From positions 1 to 25,801 of IMG/VR virus record IMGVR_UViG_3300031953_000091: a stretch of DNA of 25,801 bases; one strand, written 5' to 3'. The stretch is from a virus (Duplodnaviria > Caudoviricetes). Under the pieces are notes generated by a model. That model was not told where the DNA came from, ran no database searches, and saw only the letters and a list, made by a program, of their open reading frames with translations. Positions 9,464-15,288 of this stretch are shown in pieces (position 1 is the first letter of the stretch; each line of letters opens with the position of its first letter). A program made the position numbers and the translations under genes.

Positions 9464-9766
9464 TCAGGCCCCCTTCCCGCGGGTGCGTCGCCGTGCGGGC
9501 GCCTGGCGTTCGACGTTCGCGGCGTCCGGGAGCTCGTCACTGGTGCCGTCGAGGTCAGCGGCGAGCGTCACGGGGAAGTCGTTTTCGAGGCCGGTGAAGC
9601 GGCCCCGGGGCAGCGGCTCCGTGACGCGATAGCCGTTCTGATGAAGAGCGCCGCGCAGGTTCGGTGCGTCGGTGAGATCGACCTCGGCCACACCGTCGAT
9701 GAAGATGATGCCGAGAGTGTCGTGGTGCTTGCCAGCGGGGCGAGTCGGGTGAAAGACGTGAGCCAT
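9464..9766 (-). CDS. Hypothetical (probable virion-associated) protein
   Basis: 100 aa from ATG 9766 with GGAGG RBS; GIIFIDGVAEV...QNGYRV. Confidence 0.7.
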   Translation of the reverse strand: MAHVFHPTRPAGKHHDTLGIIFIDGVAEVDLTDAPNLRGALHQNGYRVTEPLPRGRFTGLENDFPVTLAADLDGTSDELPDAANVERQAPARRRTRGKGA

Positions 9767-9830
9767 GGTGTGCCTCCGTGAGGGTTGGCCACCCTGCCCT
9801 GTACAGGCAGAGCAGGGTGGGGAATGTGGG

Positions 9831-12011
9831 TTACGGCTTGCCGTCGGCGAAGCTGAGTTGCTCGCGTGCGCTGGCACGCTTCCGGCCGGTGAGGTCGATG
9901 TGCTCCCTCATTTGGGCTTGTTTCGCCCGGACCTTCAGCGCAGCGCGCTTCTCATCCGCCGGTGTCCCAGCAACGGCCTCGCGCCGCTTGTACTTGCGAA
10001 TGTCGCGCTCAATGGACCGCTGCTTCTCCCGGGCAGCCTCAGCCTGTGGGTCGTACTCTTGGCCTGCCTGGGGGATCGTGAGGCCCGGAAGGTATGCCAC
10101 CTCTTTGTGGCGGCAGTTGTGCACTACAATGGAATCAGCGGTATACCAACCCCCGCCAGACTGCAGGTTGTACACATGCCCCGAGTAGCCGCGCCGTTCG
10201 ATATTGACGATGCAATCCTCCGATACCAGGCCGGAGAGAGCATCCCGAAGATCGCGGCCACCATTGGAATCAGCGGAGATACCCTCCGTCGCCGGCTGCG
10301 GTCCAGAGGCTGCACGATCAAGTCGCCCGGCGTCGATCCGACTTGGCTGCCGGAAGCTATCCGCCTCTACCGATCCGAGGGCCTCCCTCAGGTGGAAGTC
10401 GCAGATCGAGTTGGCGTCAGCCCTCAGGTCGTCCAGTTCTGGATCAGCAAGGCCGGAGAGCAGATCACGGCCAGTGAGGCCATGCGCCGCCGCCTCGCCG
10501 CGGCGAGCCCCGCCGAGCGGCAGGACCTGAGTCGCGCCGCCCATGACGCCGTCCGTGGCATGAAGCGCACTCAGGATGACCTCAACAAACGAGCCTTCGG
10601 AAAGGAACGGGGCCAGTCCCACGCCACAGCCGAGGAACTCGCCCTCGGCCGCTCCATTGAAGCTCTCGGCCTCACCGTCCGCCCGCAGCAGTCGGTCAGC
10701 AAATACAACCTCGACCTGGGCGTGGGCGATACCGTCGCCGTGGAAATCTTCGGAGGATCCTGGCACGCTTCGGGTCGTCACATGGCGCGACTTCCGCAGC
10801 GTCTCGTAGACCTCGCCGATGGGGGTTTCAACACCCTCATGATCTGGTCCGCCCGGCAATGGATGCTCGACATTCCCGCGATAGCTCAGGAGATCCTGAC
10901 CTTCCACGAGCGCACCCGCGTCGACCCATCCTTCCGTCGTCAATATCGGATGGTTTGGGGTGACGGTGACTTCGTGTCCAGCGGATGTGTGGATGATGAT
11001 GACCTCTCCCTCAAACCAACGCGAATCAGCCGCAGCGATGCCGGTCGGGGCTGACACCGGCACGAATCCCGGGAAGCAGTTGGGGTGATGAAGGCCAGCG
11101 GCACGAGCAGCGTCGAGCGTCGCGTGGATCTGCACCGTGACTATCTCGTCGCTCGTCGCATGCTGCAGCTGCACCGTCCCCGTCGTCCCATCCGTGGAGA
11201 GGATCTTGCCGACCCACGGCGCACACAGTGAGCACGAGTCACCGGCACCGACCGGGGTGACGAGGTTCACGCCGACCTGCTGCATCCGCCACACGCCCGC
11301 ATCGTTGAACGCCCGGTTCACTGCGGTGCGCCCGGCCATTTCGGCGTACGAGCCGATGCGCCAGTTCCGGTCAGCTTTATCCACGAACCCGGTGATGCCC
11401 TGCCCGAGGAACCGTTGAACGGCCAACTGCTGCGAGGCGAGGTTCGTGGACGCGCCGAGGATCGTGTTCGAGGCGGTGAAGCTGATGACGCGTTGGAAAG
11501 CGTCCTGCGGGTAGCGGGCGATGCGCAGCGCCATCGTTTCGAGGCGCGAGGTGAGGTCGAGGGTCAGCATCGTCGCGGCCTGCGATGAGGTGCCCGTCAA
11601 CGTTGTCGTCTGGGGGAGGCGCGCGGCCATGCCGAGCCGGTCAGCGGCCGCAGCCTCGCCGTGCTTCCACGCCGTCGTGATCACATCGAGTGCGGCCTCA
11701 CGGCTACCGAGCTTCCCCGACATCTCCGTGGCCAGGTACTGCAGCTCCCGCAGCGACTGTGCGCGGGTGGCTTGCAGCTCGGCGAGCGCACGGTTGCGGG
11801 CAATGGCCCGGTCGAAGAGGTCGGTCATGTGCGGCGTCATCGTCGTCTGTCGGACGATCTCCTGCAGCTCGAGGTCGCGGTACGCGCGCACGGCGACGGC
11901 GCGAATGAGAGCGTCCTCAGCGTCGGCGTACCGGGCGGCGAGGTTCACGCCCAACTCTTCGATCAAATCCCAGGCTGGAAGTCCAGCAGAGTCGGGGATG
12001 TATTTAGCCAT
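9831..12011 (-). CDS. Minor capsid protein (Phage_min_cap2 / MuF-like) containing an intein
   Basis: GITGFVDKADRNWRIGSYAEMAGRT, CSLCAPWVGKILS, TLDAARAAGLHHPN|CRH...YLPG, QRSIERDIRKYKRR. Precursor 726 aa, about 405 aa after splicing. Confidence 0.92.
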   Translation of the reverse strand: MAKYIPDSAGLPAWDLIEELGVNLAARYADAEDALIRAVAVRAYRDLELQEIVRQTTMTPHMTDLFDRAIARNRALAELQATRAQSLRELQYLATEMSGKLGSREAALDVITTAWKHGEAAAADRLGMAARLPQTTTLTGTSSQAATMLTLDLTSRLETMALRIARYPQDAFQRVISFTASNTILGASTNLASQQLAVQRFLGQGITGFVDKADRNWRIGSYAEMAGRTAVNRAFNDAGVWRMQQVGVNLVTPVGAGDSCSLCAPWVGKILSTDGTTGTVQLQHATSDEIVTVQIHATLDAARAAGLHHPNCFPGFVPVSAPTGIAAADSRWFEGEVIIIHTSAGHEVTVTPNHPILTTEGWVDAGALVEGQDLLSYRGNVEHPLPGGPDHEGVETPIGEVYETLRKSRHVTTRSVPGSSEDFHGDGIAHAQVEVVFADRLLRADGEAESFNGAAEGEFLGCGVGLAPFLSEGSFVEVILSALHATDGVMGGATQVLPLGGARRGEAAAHGLTGRDLLSGLADPELDDLRADANSICDFHLREALGSVEADSFRQPSRIDAGRLDRAASGPQPATEGISADSNGGRDLRDALSGLVSEDCIVNIERRGYSGHVYNLQSGGGWYTADSIVVHNCRHKEVAYLPGLTIPQAGQEYDPQAEAAREKQRSIERDIRKYKRREAVAGTPADEKRAALKVRAKQAQMREHIDLTGRKRASAREQLSFADGKP
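10125..10168 (+). promoter_or_regulatory. Candidate -10 box (TACAAT) and RBS (AGGT) for the antisense endonuclease
   Basis: TACAAT at 10125-10130; AGGT at 10165-10168, 7 nt before ATG 10176. No good -35 at 17 bp. Confidence 0.4.
10176..11054 (+). CDS. 2xHTH + Vsr/DUF559-like (PD-(D/E)XK) endonuclease, antisense and nested inside the intein
   Basis: 292 aa: AILRYQAGESIPKIAATIGISGDTLRRRL and AIRLYRSEGLPQVEVADRVGVSPQVVQFWI (HTHs); TAEELALGRSIEALGL...QQSVSKYNLDL...VAVEIFGGSWH...DLADGGFNTLMIW (nuclease); strong G/C third positions in this frame. Confidence 0.88.
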   Translation: MPRVAAPFDIDDAILRYQAGESIPKIAATIGISGDTLRRRLRSRGCTIKSPGVDPTWLPEAIRLYRSEGLPQVEVADRVGVSPQVVQFWISKAGEQITASEAMRRRLAAASPAERQDLSRAAHDAVRGMKRTQDDLNKRAFGKERGQSHATAEELALGRSIEALGLTVRPQQSVSKYNLDLGVGDTVAVEIFGGSWHASGRHMARLPQRLVDLADGGFNTLMIWSARQWMLDIPAIAQEILTFHERTRVDPSFRRQYRMVWGDGDFVSSGCVDDDDLSLKPTRISRSDAGRG

Positions 12012-12034
12012 GGGATGCATTCACCCCCAGTGAA

Positions 12035-12565
12035 CTAAGTCAGTCGAGCCGCGATTCTTTCCTGCAGCCGCCGTCGAGTGCGGATTAGTTCCCGTGCGGC
12101 ATCGCACGTGCGGCACCGTCGGGTGCCTTGCTTCGTGAAGTAGGTGTTACCGGCATCGAACGGATGGCCCTTGCCGCATTCCGTCATCCGGGCCAGTGGG
12201 TGCGTTCCGTGCTGTACCGCATCGAGAGCATTCTCAGAGCGAGTACCCCACCGAATATTCGACAAGCGATTGTCGAGTGAGTTGCCATTGTTGTGGCAGG
12301 ATTCACGTCCATTACTGTCCCCAAGGAACGCCAGCGCCACAGCCCTGTGTATCCCGATGGTCCTGCCCTCAAGACCTACCTGCAGGTAGCCCTCTTTGTT
12401 CAGCAGCGTCTTGAGTATCCGACCCTTGATGTGGCGGACGCGCCTGCTGTGGCCGTTCCCGCCGAAGTCGATCGTTACGTGGTCGACGGACCGCATCCGG
12501 CCATCATTGCTCACCTCGTACCAGCTCTTGAGCCCAGGGATTTGACGCCATTCGATAGACTGCAC
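12035..12565 (-). CDS. NUMOD4-HNH homing endonuclease with C-terminal Zn-finger
   Basis: EWRQIPG...YEVSNDGRMRS; IHRAVALAFLG...CHNNGNSLDNRLSNIRWGTRSEN; CGKGHPF...RRCRTC; AGGAGG RBS; lower GC. Confidence 0.93.
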   Translation of the reverse strand: MQSIEWRQIPGLKSWYEVSNDGRMRSVDHVTIDFGGNGHSRRVRHIKGRILKTLLNKEGYLQVGLEGRTIGIHRAVALAFLGDSNGRESCHNNGNSLDNRLSNIRWGTRSENALDAVQHGTHPLARMTECGKGHPFDAGNTYFTKQGTRRCRTCDAARELIRTRRRLQERIAARLT

Positions 12566-12651
12566 AGCAGCCCTCCTATCAACTAGACCTTGATGGTTGG
12601 TTAGGCCCCGGCGAGTGTTGAAGCACTCGGTTTGGGGCCGCTCTCATTCTA
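12566..12651 (-). promoter_or_regulatory. Putative promoter and hairpin leader of the HNH gene
   Basis: TAGAAT (12651-12646), hairpin 12604-12639 (GGCCCC..CGAGTG/CACTCG..GGGGCC), ACCAACC...GTTGAT, then RBS. Confidence 0.55.
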
Positions 12652-12712
12652 TCGGTTGCCGCCGGGCATCGACACTCATCGTCGCTGCCCGGTTGGCCTC
12701 CCTGCTACTGGA

Positions 12713-13042
12713 TCAGACGCGCGGCGGCCAGGACCAATGGCCGGGCTTCGGTTCCTCGGAGAACGGCACGAGCTGATTGAAGAACATGCCCGTGGGGTTC
12801 AGCACGCAGAGGCCGGCGTAGGTCTCGGCCTCGTCGGCCAGATCGGGAGCGACATCGTCGTACACGCAGGTGATGATCGCGGCGCGCGGCTCGGGCAGGT
12901 ACTCGCCGCCCGGTGTTCCGTACGAGCGGTAGTGGACGGTGCGGCCGATGCTCGGCGTCTGCACGAGCGCTCGCACATCCCGTTCGAATTCCTCCGAGTC
13001 GAGTTTGAGCTTGACGGTAATGCTTCCGATTGATGCGGCCAT
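12713..13042 (-). CDS. Conserved phage hypothetical protein
   Basis: ATG 13042 with GGAGG RBS; PSIGRTVHY...RAAIIT.V...GLCVLNPTGMFFN...GHWSWPPRV. Confidence 0.8.
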   Translation of the reverse strand: MAASIGSITVKLKLDSEEFERDVRALVQTPSIGRTVHYRSYGTPGGEYLPEPRAAIITCVYDDVAPDLADEAETYAGLCVLNPTGMFFNQLVPFSEEPKPGHWSWPPRV

Positions 13043-13120
13043 GATGCGTTCCTCCTGCAAGGGTTGTGAAGTGTACGGGGAGGCCGCGACGGTGTTCGCC
13101 GCGGCCTCAGGAGCGCTGGG

Positions 13121-13435
13121 CTACTTGCCGCGGCCCTTGGTGGTCTTCGCGGTGTCGTCCTCGATGTCGCGCGCGTCGGTTGCGACCTCGGTGGGTGCGG
13201 CAGTACCAGCGAGGTCTACGGCGGCCTTGGCTGCGGCCTCTACCTCAGCGGCGGCGATGCCTGCTGCTTCGAGTTCGGCGGCGGCCTTCTCTTCGTCGGT
13301 CGGTCCATCGGGTACGTCGGGTACGTCGGGTACGTCGACGCTCACCCAGCGTGCTAGGGCTTCGAGGTCTTCGCGGGGTTCGTCCGAGATGATGATCTGT
13401 TCGCCCGGTTCGAGCGACTGGTATGCGTGAGCCAT
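13121..13435 (-). CDS. Hypothetical protein after the major capsid (acidic, Ala-rich)
   Basis: 104 aa, AGGAG RBS; DVP x3 from a 9-bp tandem repeat at 13310-13336. Confidence 0.75.
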   Translation of the reverse strand: MAHAYQSLEPGEQIIISDEPREDLEALARWVSVDVPDVPDVPDGPTDEEKAAAELEAAGIAAAEVEAAAKAAVDLAGTAAPTEVATDARDIEDDTAKTTKGRGK

Positions 13436-13475
13436 GATGCTGTTCTCCTATTCGGGAGGGAAAGTTGAGGGGGGT

Positions 13476-13503
13476 GCGGGCGGCCGCGTGAACGACCGCC
13501 CGC
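13476..13503 (-). terminator. GC-rich stem-loop after the major capsid gene (no U-tract)
   Basis: GCGGGCGGTCG-TTCACG-CGGCCGCCCGC, 9 nt after the stop codon. Confidence 0.6.
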
Positions 13504-13512
13504 GAGGGGGAG

Positions 13513-14445
13513 CTACGCGTTAGCGCCCTTGAGCAGCACGGCACGGTTTGCGTCGAGCAGCTTCGTACCGAACAGCATGTCGGCCGAGAGGACCGTCTGC
13601 TTCTTGTTGATGTCCCAGCCGTAGGAGATCCGGATGGACAGGCCCTTGTAGCTGACCACGGCGACCTGGCCGACGTTCGCGCCGGCGGGCATCTGCAGCG
13701 GGGCGGAACCGAAAGCGAACGCGGTCTTGTGGAACGCGAGGCCGATCTCGGTCGTGGGCTGGCCGATGGCCGGGGCGGCGGCAGGCTGGCCGACGTTGCC
13801 GGTCTGGAAGGCGTCGAACCCGAAGAGATTCTTACCGATCGAGCCTTCGCGCAGAGCCGCAGTCGAGCCGGACTTCTCCGCGTGCTTGATGATGTCGCTG
13901 TTCAGCCAGCGCGCCTTCGTGGTCGGGCCGACGACCGCGAACCGGTCCTGCAGCGGCACCGACGCGAGGTCGAGCTGACGCCCAGCCTCGATGAGGACCT
14001 CGGGCTTGTCCCACGTCTCGAGGTTCGCGTCCGCAGCGGCGCCGAACCCGGCGACCTGCGTCACGTTGTCGCGCATCTTGAGGAGCGACTGGTCGATGTC
14101 CTGGGCGATGGCCTCCATCATCGGGTTCAGCAGCTGAGTGCTGAAATCCTTGATGTTGAGGGTCATGTCCTCGTCGGTGACGCCAACGGACACGTCCGCG
14201 ATGTCGCTGACGACGACGGGGATCGCGGTCTCGGTCGCGTCCTGCAGCGTGATGCCGTTCGCACGGACGAACCGGTTGGACGTGAACACGGCCGGCACGC
14301 GAATGTCGATCGTGTTGCCCTTGGCCTTGGTCGTGAACTGCGACGTGAGGTCAGTGTGCACGAGGCCGTGCATCGGGGTGGATTCGTACAGGGTAGCGAG
14401 CGCCTCTTCGGCGATCTCCTGCATGGTCAGAAACGTGTTAGCCAT
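13513..14445 (-). CDS. Major capsid protein (P22 coat protein-like)
   Basis: 310 aa; MANTFLT, GNTIDIRVP, LAFHKTAFA, GLSIRI...D.LFG.K.LD; follows the scaffold. Confidence 0.92.
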   Translation of the reverse strand: MANTFLTMQEIAEEALATLYESTPMHGLVHTDLTSQFTTKAKGNTIDIRVPAVFTSNRFVRANGITLQDATETAIPVVVSDIADVSVGVTDEDMTLNIKDFSTQLLNPMMEAIAQDIDQSLLKMRDNVTQVAGFGAAADANLETWDKPEVLIEAGRQLDLASVPLQDRFAVVGPTTKARWLNSDIIKHAEKSGSTAALREGSIGKNLFGFDAFQTGNVGQPAAAPAIGQPTTEIGLAFHKTAFAFGSAPLQMPAGANVGQVAVVSYKGLSIRISYGWDINKKQTVLSADMLFGTKLLDANRAVLLKGANA

Positions 14446-14463
14446 GGTGGTGGCCCTTCTGCG

Positions 14464-15210
14464 CTATTTGGAAGCGCGCTGGTCGCGAATCGCCTTGCGG
14501 CGGTCGTCGATTGAGAGCGGGCCCGGGGTGGGTGTGCCGCTGGGTGGTGCTCCTCCGCTGGACGGGGCCACCTGGACGCTCCGCAGTTTCGGGTTTGATG
14601 TGACCGACGTCTTGACGAGTTCGTCCACCAGGGAGCGGTACTCGGCATCGGTCGTGTCGATGGCCGCGAGCTTCGCCTGGAAGCTTGCGGAGTCTGTGAG
14701 GAGGTCGTAGTCAGCCCCGTGGGTGCCGACGACCTTGAGCAGGGCGTTGTCGAGGCGTGCAGCCTTGATGTCCGCGGCCTGCGTGGTGATGGTGGTGTCT
14801 TTCTCCTGGATCTTCGCGGAGAGAGTCTCGACGGTCGTCTCGTCATCCGCTTCGACGAGTCCGAGCTTCTGCCCGAACTCCTTGTAGATCGCCTCACTAG
14901 CGGCCTTCGCTGCGGTCTCGGCCTCGGTCTTGCCGTTGACTCGGGCGGCTGCAGCTTCCTCGCGGAGCTTCTTCACGTACGCGGCATCGAACGTCTCGAC
15001 GGGCGGCGTGACCGGCTCAGCAGGCGGCGGCGTCGGCTTCGGGGTGACGGGCTCCACTGGGGCGACGGGTGCGACCGGTTCAACGGCCGGCACCGGGGGA
15101 GTGACGGGCTCGACCGGAGCCGCGCCGCCTTCCCCGTTGATGAAGCGGATACCCATCAGGGCGAGCTTCGACGGGCGGATCGGGCCGAACGTGTGATTGC
15201 GGATGAACAT
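14464..15210 (-). CDS. Capsid scaffolding protein
   Basis: ATG 15210 with AAGGAG RBS; Pro-rich N-terminus, YVKKLREEAAAARV, coiled coil. Confidence 0.85.
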   Translation of the reverse strand: MFIRNHTFGPIRPSKLALMGIRFINGEGGAAPVEPVTPPVPAVEPVAPVAPVEPVTPKPTPPPAEPVTPPVETFDAAYVKKLREEAAAARVNGKTEAETAAKAASEAIYKEFGQKLGLVEADDETTVETLSAKIQEKDTTITTQAADIKAARLDNALLKVVGTHGADYDLLTDSASFQAKLAAIDTTDAEYRSLVDELVKTSVTSNPKLRSVQVAPSSGGAPPSGTPTPGPLSIDDRRKAIRDQRASK

Positions 15211-15261
15211 GGTGCTCCTTCGCGGCGCCTGGCCGCATTGGTGAACGCTCACCCCTGCGGT

Positions 15262-15286
15262 GAACGTGTAGAACGTGTAGAACGTG
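15262..15286. repeat. 9-bp tandem repeat (GAACGTGTA) x2.8
   Basis: GAACGTGTA GAACGTGTA GAACGTG between the portal stop and the scaffold leader. Confidence 0.85.
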
Positions 15287-15288
15287 GG

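Larger units (their letters stand above)
10116..11078 (-). mobile_element. Class 1 intein, 321 aa, inserted at HPN|C
   Basis: Block A CFPGFVPV, block B VTVTPNHPILTTEGW, block F GHVYNLQS, block G IVVHN followed by extein Cys; removal restores GLHHPNCRH. Confidence 0.95.

Noticed and set aside
9765-10175. N-terminal 137 codons of plus ORF 9765..11054
   Set aside because: Shadow of the C-extein; recognisable domains start at ATG 10176, which has an RBS-like AGGT.
13310-13336. 9-bp tandem repeat x3
   Set aside because: In-frame linker expansion (DVP)3; ordinary.
15262-15286. GAAC repeats as a LexA/SOS box or CRISPR-like array
   Set aside because: Direct, not inverted GAAC-N4-GTTC; no spacers and no cas genes.
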